A stretch of DNA of 64,000 bases from Yuukianura sp. NJ FZ-2021 (Eukaryota), in contig CM102289.1 in NCBI GenBank assembly GCA_046563655.1, positions 1,302,001 through 1,366,000 on the forward strand, read 5' to 3'. The notes beneath the pieces were generated by a model, which saw nothing but the letters and a program-made list of their open reading frames with translations, made no database searches and was not told the origin of the DNA. Both the position numbers and the translations under genes were made by a program. Below are positions 1-14,026 of this stretch, piece by piece. Every line of letters begins with the position of its first letter. The first letter of the stretch is position 1.

Positions 1-391
1 AAGCCGTTTATCGTGAAAAACTTGGTGCCGATCTTCCGAGCGCGCGAGAAATTCTCGGTTCGGCTTCAATCATGCTGTCGAATGGACATTTTAGCACGAG
101 CACACCGAAACCGAACTTGCCGGACGTCATTGACGTAGGAGGACTTCATACTATTCCACCGAAGGCACTTCCCAAGGTAAGACTTAAAAAAATCAAAATT
201 TGAAAACTTTTTGGATTTCGAAAATTGATTTAGAAATTTTGACAGAATCTGGAAGATTTCATTGCCCAGGGGAGAGACGGCTTCATCTATGTCAGTTTCG
301 GAACGACAATTTCTACAGTCGACATGTCTCCGGAGAAACTCGAAATTTTTCTTTCGGTTTTTTCAAAATTGAAACAACAAATCATTTGGAA
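1..391 (+). pseudogene. Truncated UDP-glycosyltransferase copy (end of exon 1, intron 177-245, start of exon 2); 5' part lies outside the window
   Basis: Near-identical to 4856-5246 of the intact UGT. Homology stops abruptly after KQQIIW, before the UGT signature motif, and a stop follows at 397. Confidence 0.8.
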
Positions 392-469
392 TCATGAAAT
401 TGGTAAAACTGAGACATTTGATTAAACCAAACATCTAAGTTTTTGATTTGCTTTAATCAGTTTATCCAT

Positions 470-2086
470 TTATTGAACTAATTTGACAAAGCCTAAACTA
501 CGGTGTTGTCGTGACTGTGAATATCCGTGACTAATTCCAAATAAGTATGCATCTGTAAGATCCATATATTTCACCAAATCTGGATGGTGGTCGAATTCCT
601 TCAAAACGCTTTGACGCAAAAGCACGTAGTCTGCATGGTCATTTATAATTGCAGACAATACACTTTGAGCAGCCACGTCCACCGGAATCTCTTTTTGAAC
701 AACTTTGAAAATAATTAGGTTCTCAGAGTGTGCATTTCCAAAATCCTTTCTCAATCCAAGCAAGTCATTAATACTTCCAGCGAGGGAGTTCAAAATTTCC
801 AACAGTAGTTTAAACGACGGTGCTCGTAAAATGTTAGCTGGAAGTAAATTTCCCACAAAAATCCAAACAGTTTCCACCATAAGATCGGCAAATGAAGCTC
901 GTTTTCTGTAATAGCTGAACACTTCTTCAGAGTACTGGCGGTCAATAGGTCTGATTGCAGCCCACCGCGCTGTTTCCAGTACCTGGCGCAAGTATTTGCA
1001 AAATGGTGGTTTCTTTTTTTTCCCAGTCTGGGATCAGTTCTCTGTTACGCCGGTTCAGATCTACCAAAGCGCAAAATAAAGAACGAAAGTCGGAAAAGTT
1101 TTCAACTTCGGTATAAACTGTTGCATTATTTTCCAAAACGTCCATCAACTGCAACATTCCTGCGCAGAGCGTTTTGACAGGAACTCTGTTTGCTACCACT
1201 GGTTCCAGGGTTTCTTCCATTGTCCACTCCCACAAGTACCAGTAGTTGAGTAGTTTCATTTCTGGACTGTCGAGGGGTAAAAATGGGTTGAGGTACGCAG
1301 ACGCAAGCGAGCTTGTTTCAATCAATAGCTTAAAATATGTAGATTTACCAGTTGAGTCAAAAAAATTGTTGAACCAATTCTGCAAGTCGACGACCATTGG
1401 GTCCAGTTCCTGTTGAGTCAGCTTTGGACGTTTATATTTTGCATTAAGCGTGAAGTACTCACCCTTGACATGGCGTGGCCCATGTTTTGGATCCACCAAT
1501 TCACCAAAGTCAAAAACGACTTTTGGAAGAGCAACTGACTTCTCGGAAAGTGACTCCGCTAACGTAAACAAAAAAGTAACGGTGAGCAATATACCGGTTA
1601 TTAAATTTATCGAGAAAGGCTAATAATTAAAGCATTAATTTAAAAAAAATACCATTAAAAACAATCTTAGATTTTCATTCAATGCTAAACTCTAATATCA
1701 CTAAACGTATCGGTGATCCCTGAAATTTTTTGGAAGCACTCAGGCATTTATGGAAATTTTTTCCAACTGACTACATATGTGCGGAGAAGGGTGAGGTCGT
1801 TTGTTTAAATTCGTTGTTTTTACGAACTTTTTTTTGAGCTATTACATTTTTCTTCTAAAATCGAAACATGAAAACCAAGTTTACACTTGTTGAAGAATTT
1901 TGGTTTTCAAGTTTGTGTTCAGTTTAGTAGATAACGTTTCAAAGTAAATAAACCCAAAGTTGTGGAAACATTCCCAGAAAAATGAAAATAACACCGATTG
2001 TACTTCATTAATTTTGCAAATATGCAGACAAGTTTACCTTGTTCCGCTGAGTTGTCAAATGATGTAAGTGCTAACTGGGGAAACAT
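470..2086 (-). CDS. Microbial-type class I terpene synthase, copy 1 (exon 2038-2086 + exon 470-1558), with a +1 frameshift in the T8 run at 1014-1021
   Basis: Colinear with the intact paralog at 28532-29959. Carries EETLE at the DDxxD position, NSE-like NDLLGLRKD and C-terminal SRQH. Removing one base from the homopolymer joins ORFs 942-1589 and 470-991. The 49-nt first exon (MFPQLALTSFDNSAEQ) is conserved in copy 2. Confidence 0.75.
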
Positions 2087-3066
2087 TTTTAAAAAATTCC
2101 TTAAAATTGTCAAAATTCGAAAGAAGTCCTTGGGTTTCTTTGATTTTGTTCAAACAGAGATTGTAATTGTCAATTGAATTGAAATGGATCCATTTGGTGC
2201 TTGACTTTCTTTTTATATACGAGTAGTAAGTTTAATTCAACGTGTCGTGATCTTAGCTTTACATCAAAAGGGAACGTGATTGAACCCGTCAAACGGGTTC
2301 CTTCGAGTTGTTCCTACACTAAAGAAATTCCTACACTTTACGCTTTTTTTCACCTCTAAATTAATTGAAAGTTCGTGTTAATTTAAGTGCATCCGGGTTA
2401 ATTTTGCGTCAGAAAACCTGTATAAATTTGAAATCATTTGAACAAATCGCCGCTGGTTTCAAGTTATGCCCTTTATGTTTTTAGGTTTTTGCATCTGTAC
2501 GATGAGCATCGATCGACGCTCATCGAGGCCGAGGACTTTTGTGCAATGTTACATATACTGTTAGAATACTTCCGAATACTGGGAATAATCCAGTATTTTG
2601 GTTTTACCTATTTTATTACATTCCGTCCAAATTCCAAAATTGTTTCATTATTTAAAAAACAATGTATACAGTTGTTAATTTAAAAACGCACCCGACAGCC
2701 AAATTGAAATTTACAATTTGCAACGTTAAAAAGTTGAAAGAAGCTTTTTAAAAAAAATTGAAAGTTTAAAACAGGATTTGTTTCAAAATTGATTAAAAAC
2801 GGTGCGAAAATGAAGCCAGAATAATAAAAATTTTGGGTTTGATTGATTTGCAATGCAGATTGTTTGTATTTTTAATGTATAAAATTTTAGTTAAGCAGCA
2901 ATTAGTACATTCGCAGAAAAATATTGCTTAAAAGTGTTAAATGCTAAACATAAAAAGAGTCACGTGTTTAAAAATACATTTTGAAATTAAATACAAATTG
3001 AAAGATTTCTTTAAATACAATTGAAAGAAAATACACTTAAAAAGTAAGCTTAACTGAAAGTTTTTT

Positions 3067-3655
3067 TTATTTGTCTTTTGCTTGGGACAGAAATAAATCC
3101 AAGTAAAACTTGGGGTTGACTTTTCTAAAATTTCCTCCAACAATTTCTACAGTTTTTTTTTACTTGTAAAGTCACTTTTTTCATCAAACTTTTTTGATTG
3201 GCTGCTACTTGCTGTTCAGATTGTTTAAGCATTTGTAGAAACAGCCGTGCGTTGATTTCATCTTCAGACTGTGAATTACGTCCAATTGTTTTTAAGAACT
3301 TGGATTCCCATTCTTCAAAAGAAACGTGCTTGAGATTATGTTCCCGCCCAAGGAAATTTTCAAATCTAACTTCGTCTCCAACCATATGAAACACTTTGGG
3401 TGGTGATGCGCATGGCGAAGGTTTTTTACTCAACTGGACAATAGTTTCTGAAACGTCGCCATCCACAAATGGAAGTCTTACTTCAGTGCATGGGAAGCAG
3501 TTGATCTTGGCGCATGCGCATAAAAAACAGGCAATGGCGCCTGATCGGTCAACAATTTTTGTTTGCACGATGACCTCCGACCTGCCCAATTCTGTAGATG
3601 GAAGCTGCCATTCCACGGTCTGCGGCTGCCCAAACTAGTTGCTCTGAAACCCATT
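3067..3655 (-). pseudogene. Remnant of the NRPS-like thioester-reductase (R) domain C-terminus
   Basis: TKIVDRSGAIACFLCACAKINCFP...EDEINARLFLQMLK aligns with 16684-17270 and has frameshifts. Confidence 0.85.
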
Positions 3656-4215
3656 TGAAACCCAATAATGCGAAATGACGGAGGGAGTAACTATCTCAGC
3701 CCTTCGGATCAACGCAAGTTGAAAACCGCTACAAATTTTTTCGAAGCTATGCAATTTTGGAGCGGCGAATTGTTCGGAATTTATTGTACAACTTTCCTTA
3801 CATTCTTGTCCGTCGTAGTTACCAACAGCATCATGCAGTTGCAAATGTTCTAAACATGAATTTTCATATTAAATTTTAATTTAAATTTTTTTTGAAGGTC
3901 GACTTCCAAAGGTCACATAAGAGTAGATGATAGGTTGTAGTGTTTTGAAAAACAAAAACCCGAAAAGCTATTGAAAAGTAATTTTTGTGTGTATTTTTAC
4001 TTGTCGTGTCCTTCTAGGCAATTGGTTTTTGTTGTGCCTATAATTTATTTTTAGGTTTACATTCAAAAAATTTTGAGGTTTATAAAGTGCTTGAAGTTTA
4101 AAACGTTCCGGTATTGGGAACCACTGGGAAGTTAAAAAAAAAAGTAACGCACTTTGCGATAGGAAAAAGTTGTAATTGTGTTTTTGTTTTCAAAAAGTAA
4201 AGTAAAACTGAAAAA

Positions 4216-6042
4216 ATGAGTTTATTGTTCTTGGTGGTTTTAATTTGCGTAAGTTTTCCATTGAAGTGTTGCTCAAACAAAATTTTGTCGGTTGAATTTG
4301 TTTCTGACAAAAGCCATGTACTCACATATTTGCCACTTCTTGAAGCATTGGCATCAAGAGGTCACGAGGTCACACTCGTCAGCCCACTCAAAAACATGAC
4401 CAAGGGAATTCGTGAAGTGATAACAATCGACTTCAACAACATTCGAGTCCAAACTGTATTTTCAGTGAAAGAAAAAAACGAAATTCCAAATCCACTTGTC
4501 TATTACCGCAATATTATTCCACCAGCATGTCGTGACCTCTATGACCGCACTGAAATTCAAAATCTGATGAAAGAAGAATTTGACCTCGTCATTTTTCAAC
4601 CGGTTTTTAACGAATGTGCTCTTGGATTTGTTCATGTCATAATGCAGAAAAACAACGCTCCACTGATTTTGTTTTGTCCAAGGTCACCGAATAGCTTTCT
4701 CGTTGGATTTCTAGGGGGACACTATCCACCTTCATTTGTTCCAGGAATTTTTGGCGGTTTTGGCGTTGGATCGACATTTCTAAAAAGAGTTCAAAATTTT
4801 GTGATTGAAGTTTCTGTGTATTTGCTGTACAATTTTTACTTTTTACCGGTCATGGAAGCCGTTTACCGTGAAAAACTTGGTTCCGATATTCCAAGCGTGC
4901 GAGAAATTCTCGGTTCGGCTTCAATCATGCTGTCGAATGGACATTTTAGCACAAGCACGCCGAAACCGAACTTACCGGACGTCATTGACGTAGGAGGCCT
5001 TCATACCATGCCACCGAAGGCACTTCCCAAGGTAAAACTTAAAAAAATCAAAATTTGAAAACTTTTTGGATTTCGAAAATTGATTTAGAAATTTTGACAG
5101 AATCTGGAAGATTTCATTGCCCAGGGGAGAGACGGCTTCATCTATGTCAGTTTCGGAACGACAATTTCTACACTCGACATGCCTCCGGAGAAACTCGAAA
5201 TTTTTCTTTCGGTTTTTTCAAAATTGAAACAACAAATCATTTGGAAATTTGAAACTTCTGGAAAAACCGTGTTGCCTAAAAATGTGAAAGCGAGTAAATG
5301 GCTGCCACAACAGGATTTGCTTGGACATGCGCAGATCAAACTGTTTGTAACACATTGCGGCATGGGTGGCATGGAGGAATCCATTTATCATGGTGTGCCA
5401 CTCGTCGGCATTCCATTTGTTGGAGATCAGCCGCTCAATTGTCAAGAGGCTGAGAATAATGGATTTTTAGTGCAACTGAACTGGAACACTTTGACTGAAG
5501 ATGGACTCATGCGTGGCATTCAAGAAGTTTTGGGCAATCCGAAGTAAAAACTAAAAATTTTCAAAATTTCAAAATTCGAGAGGTTCCAATTTAATTTTAT
5601 AAAATGTCTAAATTTGTCCTTTTGCAGATATATGAGCAATGTGCAAGAGATTTCAGCAGTATTCAGAGACCAAATGGACAAACCGCTGGACAGAGCCGTC
5701 TGGTGGACGGAGTACGTCATCCGACACAATGGTAAATTTTTTTTTAATTTGGGTGTTGAATTTTTTTTAACAACATTTTGACAATTTTGATATTTGAAAT
5801 TTTTTATACTTGCTTTAGGAGCTCCGAAACTGCGATCTGATGCTCGAAAGCTAAACTTTTTCCAGTACCATTCCTTGGACGTGATTTTCGCTCTTGTGTT
5901 TTTTGCACTACTTTTTTCGTACTTTGTGTTCAAAACAGGAAAAATTGTTTGCTCCGCAATTTCAAAATTGTTCAAAAAAAAAGTTGAAAATAAAGCGAGA
6001 ATAATAGAATTTGAAAGTTGGAAATTTGATTACACAAAATAA
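4216..6042 (+). CDS. UDP-glucuronosyl/glucosyltransferase (exons 4216-5031, 5101-5543, 5628-5731, 5819-6042)
   Basis: Signal peptide, catalytic His in KSH, UGT signature WLPQQDLLGH...FVTHCGMGGMEESIYHGVPLVGIPFVGDQ, AVWWTEYVIRH, C-terminal TM helix and basic tail; GT-AG introns keep the frame. Confidence 0.93.
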
Positions 6043-6812
6043 TAGTTTCAAAAATTTTCAATAAATTTTGTTCACAAATCGCTTTAGAGTTACATTTTTT
6101 TAAACAACTCAGGAACACGTTTACATAACGTTGCACCCGCAGCGGATGCAGCAGTTAGCTGTATGTGCAAATTTTCGAAGATACTACATTAAAAAAAAAC
6201 AAATTAACCTTTAGTAATCGTTCAATTAATAACAACCAGCGTTTTTACCGGGCATACCAAAAGTTTGTATAAAGCCAAAAGTAGTGTCATAGGTGAAGCG
6301 ATAAGGAGAGTAGGGATCCATGAGGGGAGTATTGCACTAAATGCGAGACTTTACCATTTCCACTACATTGCTGCATTGATCTAACTCGAACAAAGCACAT
6401 TCCCTCCATTCCGTATATTTTTTTTAGTGACGCGTCGCTCTCCTTATGAGCATGTGCAAAAGTTTATACCTACTTTTGGTACACCCGATACAGTCTTGCA
6501 TATGGTTGAAGTTACCAAATTGTGAGCTGTGGCAATGAGAAGTGCTTTGGTTTTTATGTCCAGTCTTGCGTTGATATTGATTGAAATGTTCCCATTCTCC
6601 AGTCCCGCAACCGCCCAATTTCAGCACCACTCCCTTGCACAAATCGGTGAATTCGGTGGTCCGTGTCATCTTTCTCTTCTCGAAAAATGCGTTCCCCCAT
6701 GGCATTGACCACGCTGATGTCATTCCAACACACTCCGAATCCCTCAACGTTATCCAGAACTACATCACCGGAATTAACCGTGAGTGCCTACAGCAGAATT
6801 AGTCCGTCAATA

Positions 6813-6957
6813 TATCGGGTGTACCAAAAGTCCGTATAAACATTTTCTACATGAAACTCATAAAAGTGAGAAAAAAAATCCTTGCGTGAGATCAAGGAAG
6901 TGTTGAAGAAGTTGCACGGGGAGAAAAAAGGTACACGGACTTTTGGTACACCCGATA
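6813..6957. mobile_element. Small Tc1/mariner-type MITE; an extra isolated inverted end lies at ~6450-6490
   Basis: Terminal inverted repeats TATCGGGTGTACCAAAAGTCCGT / ACGGACTTTTGGTACACCCGATA; TA on the left flank. Confidence 0.6.
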
Positions 6958-7655
6958 TGTCCATTGACCACCAATCTTAATCTATTTTTTTGTGTGTTTT
7001 AAAACCTACTCGACGGTTTTGCTTTGCTACAAGAAGGACCTTTCCGTTGGGATCAGTATATCGCACCACTCCGTCGTATACCACAATCATACATTGCCCC
7101 GCTGCTCCTCACGTGGAGGGTCTAACAAGGCGGATATGATGGACTGACCTTGTGCGTCCTTGATGAGCACTACGATGGTATTTGACCGAGAACCTATTCC
7201 AAAAAAAAGTTAGACTAACTAAGTTTTGTGCTGTTCAATTCCCGCTTCGAAGGAACGAAACGGTTCGTCTCGTTTAAGTTGTGAGAATTGGAACCGTTTT
7301 CATTAGGGAAACGAAATGAAACCGGAAATATAGGTTTATTGCCAAATAGACCCTAATTTTAATTTGAAGTGTGGTAAAAGTGAGAGAAAGTTAAACTGTT
7401 AGAAAGTTAAGTTGTGCATAAATTAACATATGCAAAAATAAAAACAGCTGAGCTGAATGCTATCGATTAAGCATATTTTTAGTCTTGCTTTGCGCTTCCG
7501 TTCCGGTCTGTTCCTTTCCCGGTTTTTTATGAATCAGTTTACGTTTCTCAGGTTTGAGACCGGTTGCGGTTTTACGTGGAAACGAAACGAAAGATAATTT
7601 GAACAGCGCGAAGTCTAATTAAATCTACTTATATAAAATCGAGACCCTGTTTATC

Positions 7656-7682
7656 TGTGTGTGTGTGTGTGTGTGTGTGTGT
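7656..7682. repeat. (TG)n microsatellite
   Basis: Direct dinucleotide run. Confidence 0.95.
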
Positions 7683-7778
7683 CCTGCTACTCCTCCGAAA
7701 CTACTGCACCGATTTGGACAAATGAGGTGTCCTTTTCTTCCTAAGGTCACCCCGAAGAGCATAGGCTATGTGACATCT

Positions 7779-8740
7779 TGACCTGTGACCTTTGACCCTT
7801 GACCTAGCGCAATGACCTCACAAAATCGTACCAAACACAGGCAAGTGACATGTCGTTCGAAAGCAGAGGCCAAATGCAGTCGATTGATGTATGACACATT
7901 GACCTGTGACCTTTGACCTTTGACCTAGACCGGTGACTTGACATAGAATTAAGCCGAACATAGGAATGTGATATATCATTCGAACGGGGAGGCTGAAAGG
8001 AGTTGATAGACGTATGACACGATGATGTGTGACATTTGACCCTTGACCCAGAGCGGTGACCCCACATAGAATTAAACCAAACCCAGAAATGCAATATATC
8101 ATTCGAAAGGGGATGTCCAGTGGAGTGGATTTATGCATGACATGATGACCTGTGACTTCTAACCCTTGAATTAGCGCGGTGACCTCACAAGAAATAATCC
8201 AAGCATAGGCATCTACTTAAAAAATCGAGACCCTGTTTATCTGCGTGTCCTGCGACTCCTCTGAATTTACTGGACCGATTTGGGCAAACGAGGTGTCACT
8301 TTCTTCGCGAGATCACCCCGAAGATTACAGGCTACGTGACATCCTGACCTGTGACATTTGACCCTTGACCTAGCGCGATGACCGCACAAAATCGTACTAA
8401 ACATACCCAAGTTACATGACATTCAAAGCAGACGTCAAATGCAGTAGAATGACGTATGACACATTTACCTGTGATCTATGACCCTTGACCCAGAGCGGTG
8501 ACCTCATATAGAATTAAGCTGAACATAGGCATGTGTACGTTGTTCGAAAAAGGAGGCTCAAAGTTAAATGCAGTCGATTGATATATGAGATTGACCTGTG
8601 ACCTTTGACCTTTGATCTATGGCGATGACCCCATAAGAAGTACATACAAACATGCCTGTGATATATCATTCGAAAGAGGCGGTCAAATGGACTCGGTTGA
8701 CGTATGGCGCGTTAATTCTGTGACTTTTGGCACCAAAAAG
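7779..8740. repeat. Degenerate ~120-bp tandem array rich in TGACCT/TGACCC
   Basis: TGACCTGTGACCTTTGACC-like cores recur at ~7779, 7900, 8027, 8146, 8345, 8466 and 8592. Confidence 0.85.
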
Positions 8741-10337
8741 AATTAAGTTCCACAGTAAATTGTTGTCTCTACATGTTAAACATTAATTGGATGGACGGGT
8801 AGTTTTAAGGGATTTCCGCCTGGGCAAAGCGTAGGCCGTAGGGTAGGATAATTTTCATAAAAATAGTCCAAGCGGGTCAGCATGTGTCTCGAGTGGGTAG
8901 CGGGTTCCCATAAGTGATACGTTTTTCTATGTGTGTTCGTATACACTACCTCAAAAGCTAGTCCCGCTTTCACAAGCGGGTATCATACCTTGTAATTAAT
9001 AAAAGCTAGTTATTATTTTGAAAGTAGAACTTGCTTATGGCTTCTGGCTGGTGAAAGTAAAACTGCTCCTGCTGACCCAAAATAGCTTCTAGATGGTCCA
9101 GGGGCGTGAGTTCTACGACCGAAACGATGTGGAATGTCCACTGTTTCCGATTGGTTCCTGAGACTGGAGCCCAAGTTCTGAACCGAAGTACGCTGGAGGC
9201 ATTTCGCTCAGTGGTATTGATCCTTGAGGCCCTTTTGCGTAGCTCATTTTAAATTGAGTTTTTAGAAGTTGATCTAAAAGCAAAAGTTGTAAAAATTAGT
9301 GTAAATTTGAAATTAACTAAAAAGAGTGGTGTGAAGGTAAGGAACACCTTTGCGTATTTGTCCCACCACAAAATAATATTGAGTGGGATAAGGATTCTAG
9401 GTGAAATATGTGCATACGTGTAACCGGATGAGTATAATCATAATCAAGCAACTGATAATAACAGGTTTAATCTTCGAAATTGATTATTTTCTTACTTTTC
9501 TTTTGGCATAACTCCTAACCTAACTTCCTAGTAGTCCAATTTATGTTTAATTACGTGTGATAATAAATGTATTTTTCCTAATTTTAATTCCTTGCAAATT
9601 GCTATCAAATTTTGAAATTTATTTGTAGCCTGATGTGCAATGGTAAAAAAAATTAGGAACTCGGTAGGACTTTTTAATCAACAATACGTGTTTGTGTTAC
9701 AACCAAGCAAGCAATTACACCTAGAGGTGGTGAATGTAATGCTAAAAATTTGAAAAAAAAATTAATTAAAATTGAAAATAACCAAAACTTTTGTGTTGTT
9801 TAGATGAAATTTTTCATGAAAATGACGTTATAGGCTAGACAATAAGCATTTGTCTGCACGTAGAAAAATTTGAAAATGAATTTGAAGGACAGTATCATTT
9901 TCGTCCGTGTAAGCATTACCCAGATATTGACCAAACGTACACCGTAAATCCGGATTAGAATTTTGAAATCCTAATCTGGAGGAATCGGAAATCCGTCAAA
10001 AATCCGGATGTGGGCCGCTAATTACTTCAAATTAAAAAATAAATTAATAACAGCGAATATTACTTTAATTCTCAATGCAAGTAACAATGTATTTTACATA
10101 ACGTTAGCAAGTGATTTATCATTCAAATCATTTTAAACTATTTAACAATGTACAAATTTCGATAAAAAGCATAAAAGTAGATGCTAAAAAATATTTTGTA
10201 ATGTTTTTTAAAGCATGTTCGAATTCGTAAAACAATCAAGCGGTCTACATTTTTGTAAAATAGAGAAAACGTTTAACTTTGAAAGTTACATGCAGTTACA
10301 TTTTTGACGCCTCGCCTTTTTTCTAAGATTCAAAGTA

Positions 10338-11880
10338 GGGGAGGATGGGGGCAAGTGAATCATGGGGTCAGGGGAATCACTCGCAATAACTTTATTTAGT
10401 GCATCACTAAAATTCTGTAAAAATCAGTTATAGATGATCCCAATTGTTAACTTCTTGCGGCAAATCATAGAAACCCAATTTCATGTCGTTGTTGTCGATG
10501 AGCTTAATTTTAAAAAAATTCACAAATATTCAGCAAAAGTAAAAATTTTCCATTGACACTTGGTCGTTGATTTTACAATTGGTGACGTCTATACCGAAAC
10601 ATTAGGTAAGTGATTATTTGTATTAGACAGTTTAACGCAAACTTTGACCTTGAGGTCAAAGTATTTGTACAAGGTCAACCCACACTAAGCACTTGTTTGA
10701 AAAAAAGCGGTATGGGGTCAAGTGAATCACTCGGTTAAGGGGCAAGTGAATCACCTTCTCTTCATATTTGCAGAACGATGCCTCGAAAACGTTTAAAAAA
10801 AACTACCTGGGGGATTGAGCAGAAGGTCATGGAACTTGCTGGAGAGCAAGTTCTTAACGGGAAAAGCATCAGGAAAGTGGCAGCGCACGCTTCGTCGTTT
10901 TATTTATTTTGGCTTAACTTCACTGGAATGTGGCAAGTTGGCGTATGAAATTGCGAAAAAAAAAACAAATAAAACATCCACCAGTATGGTGATACAAATT
11001 TACAAGCGGGACGAGAATGGTATTTAGGATTCATGCGAAGACATTCAACGCTGTTAGTTTGTAAGCCAGATGCCACAAGTGTAGCTAGAGGTACCAGTTT
11101 CAACATGAATAACGTAACGACATTTTTACCCAACTTGCGGAAGTCCTGGACAAGTACAATTTTCAGCTACAATCGATTTACAACGTGGATGAGACGGGAG
11201 TTACGACTGTCGCGGATACCGTGAAAGTGATTGCCTCAGAAAACGTGAAGTTAGTTGGGGCAATGACATCAGCTGAAAGCGGCACTCTAGTCACAGTTGT
11301 ATTCGCCGCCATTGCAATTGGAAACTCGATTCTGCCAATGTTTATTTTTCTCCGGAAGAAATTTTACAATCACTTTGTGACTGGCAGTCCACTTTACAGC
11401 ATCGGAATTTCGAATGGGGCTAAATAATCTAAATAAATCTAAATAGCACGCTAAAAACACCAGAAAGAAACCTGCGACTCCAAAACGCGTAGAAAATGCC
11501 GTAAAACTGTGTCAAAATCTGACCAATCAACTTCTCTGAGGCCAAAAAGAACCAAACTTGTTTTCCGCTAATAATTCTGTTCATTTTCGTTGAGATTTTA
11601 ATAGTAATTTAACGTTTTGTAAAAACAATTAAAGTGATTCACCTGACCCCATATCCTGATTCGCCTGACCCCCACCCATGGGGGCAAGTGAATCACTTGC
11701 AGAGTTTTAAAAACATTGTTCCTGTGACCTTAGTATAGAAAGTCAAAAGGTCAAAAAATGCTAGACTTGTGGTAAAATGTTGTAGCTTATGGTTAGCGTT
11801 GCTACTTTTCCAAAAAACTTATCGGTGTTCAGTACAGAAAATTGCTAACGAAAAGTGATTCACTTGCCCCCATCCATCCC
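10338..11880 (+). mobile_element. Decayed pogo/Tigger-like (DDE_1) DNA transposon
   Basis: ~25-bp TIRs (GGGGAGGATGGGGGCAAGTGAATCA / TGATTCACTTGCCCCCATCCATCCC) with TA on both sides. Broken transposase pieces include FMRRHSTL..KPDATSVARGTSFN and NVDETGVTTV...TSAESGTLVTVV...GNSILPMFIF. GGGGCAAGTGAATCAC recurs subterminally. Confidence 0.88.
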
Positions 11881-13261
11881 TAAGCAGAGGACGGGGCATA
11901 ATCCAATAATGCAGAGCACATTTCCAGTTCCGTTGCAAGCAGTAATACAATAAGGACAAGTGGCTGTAAGAGCTTCAGCACCTGGAACAATTTAAATATT
12001 AAATTTTAAAAATTGTTGGTTCCAACTAGTTCTAAAAGATGTTGCACTAAATATACTCGCCTGGAACGATGGCTGCCGTCATGAAAAGTCCAGTTAAAAA
12101 AATCCCCACAACCAAAGCACTCAATAATCGATTCATTCTGAAAAAAGTAGAAGCAATGATTAAGACGTTTTTGAAACAATGAAATTATGTAGCAGGTAAT
12201 TTGGTAAAAAAAAACTCTGATCAAACAACCAAAGATCGGCAAATTCCTTCGGAACTTAAGTCGCAGTTGAATATGCTTTTGCTAAGCTCTAGGTTTTGAT
12301 AACTTAGCGTAATTTCAAAAAAAAATAGTGCTTCGAGGGGAAAGTGCTGAAGATTAAATTTAAGTACTGCAACCTAGGATTCTTCTTGCAAAAAATTATC
12401 TTACCTGAAATTCGCTGTTTGGAGTTTTCGCCTGTGTGGTAATGAAGAAAGTCAAATTGAATCAATTTTTTATAATACTGTTTAGTTTTAATAAGTTTTT
12501 ATAAGTTTTATCCCTGAAGAAGGACAAAGTTTATTGTCCGAAAACTCGGGGTTTATTTCAATAAAAATTGAAAACTAAAACCACAACTGGTGTATCTCCG
12601 ATTAAAATGCAACCTACTGTTTACTTTTGTTTGAGACACAGTGTTGTTGCATTGAAGTGAATGCACAAGTTGAAGTTGTTGCATTTACATAAAAAGTATT
12701 CCATGACCTCATGACTCATGAGTTTATAAACAAATATGGAAAAATGTGCATGAAGAAAACTAAATAACTTCATGATGTTACAAGTTCATACATGAACTTG
12801 TAAAATGAAGGCCATAGTAAAATGTTTGTGAATAGCTTTATTCTTGGACTTACTTTGGAGAGGAAGGTTAGGTTAGGTTTAACTCAACGAGTGCCTCAGT
12901 TAGTTGGCTACCCCAGAGTAAGTTGGATCCGAACCAAACAGAGTCCGAGTTTCGACTGATTTGTACAGAACTGCTCAACGGCATTTAAAGGAAAATTCTT
13001 ACCCTAGAACTTATGGTATGACCTTAACCTAACTTAAATAACAAAAACAAGATCTTGACAAGAGACTGTTTTTGAAGTAGCTGAATAGAGAGTTGTTTTC
13101 GAAAGTGGAAGGTTATCCTAAGGGAAAGGTCATCTAAAGACCCCAAAACGAAAACAAAATAACAATGCTTATTATTTGTATTGTTGGTCGTTGGGATGTG
13201 TAACACATGAATTCATCGATAAAATCATGAAGTTATTTAGTTTGCAATAATTTAAGATAAT

Positions 13262-13800
13262 AAAGATGAAGAATTTGACCTCGTAATTTTGCAACCAGTT
13301 TTCAACAAATGTGCTCTTTGGTTTTGTTCATGTTGTAGTGAAATAAGGCCTTTTGGCGTAAAAGACAAGAAATAACACACACTACCAGTTTGTTGACCTT
13401 CCTAGGTGGAAGGTAGAAATGAACTTTTTATTCAAAGTTAAATGAAAATGTGAAATGCTCAGTTTGACCTCAGAAGCAGAAGGTAAAAGTTGAATGAACT
13501 GAATGTACAGGCGGCACTGGGTCCTTTTCTGGGTCATCCGGCACAATGGTAAAACTTTTTTTTAAAAGTTTGGGTTATTAACGTTTTTTGAACAACCTTT
13601 GTACCATTTTAAATTTGAAATTTTTTTGTACTTGCTTTAGGTAATCCGAAACTGCGATCTGATGCTCGAAAGTTGAACTTTTACCAGTGCCATTCCTTGG
13701 ATGCTCTTGTGTTTTTTGGACCACTTTTTTTTATACTTTGTATTTAAAACAGCTAAAATTGTTTGCTCTGCAATTTCAGAATTGTTGACGAGAAACGAAA
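13262..13800 (+). pseudogene. Highly deleted UGT remnant
   Basis: EEFDLVILQPVFNKCAL-like segment (13262-13340) and VIRHNG-intron-PKLRSDARKLNFYQ segment (13534-13800), homologous to the UGT at 4216-6042. Confidence 0.8.
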
Positions 13801-14026
13801 GGATTACGAAGTCAGAATAATAAAATTTGGATTTGATTTGTCTGCAGTGCGTACATGAAAAGCATTTGTGTTTTTAATGTATAAAATCTTAACAGCATTT
13901 AGTACATTGGCAAAAGAAAATATTGCCTGAAAATCGTAAAAGCTACACATTAGTACAAATAGTCACGTGTTTAAAAATACACATTTTGAAACCACTCAAA
14001 AAGTAAGCTTAGCTGAGTTTTTTTTT

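Larger units (their letters stand above)
7624..8992 (+). mobile_element. Non-autonomous Helitron-like element with internal ~120-bp tandem repeats and a duplicated 5' end (second start ~8212)
   Basis: Starts A|TC (TCTACTTATATAAAATCGAGACCC), contains a (GT)n tract, and has a 3' hairpin CCCGCT-TTCACA-AGCGGG (8963-8980) followed by CTTG|T. Confidence 0.55.

Noticed and set aside
200..397. 65-aa ORF repeated at 5055-5252
   Set aside because: It is an off-frame read across a UGT intron/exon boundary, duplicated along with the gene.
7779..8740. Regularly spaced repeats resembling a CRISPR array
   Set aside because: The whole ~120-bp units are homologous, with no unique spacers and no cas genes, and the context is eukaryotic; this is a tandem repeat inside a Helitron-like element.
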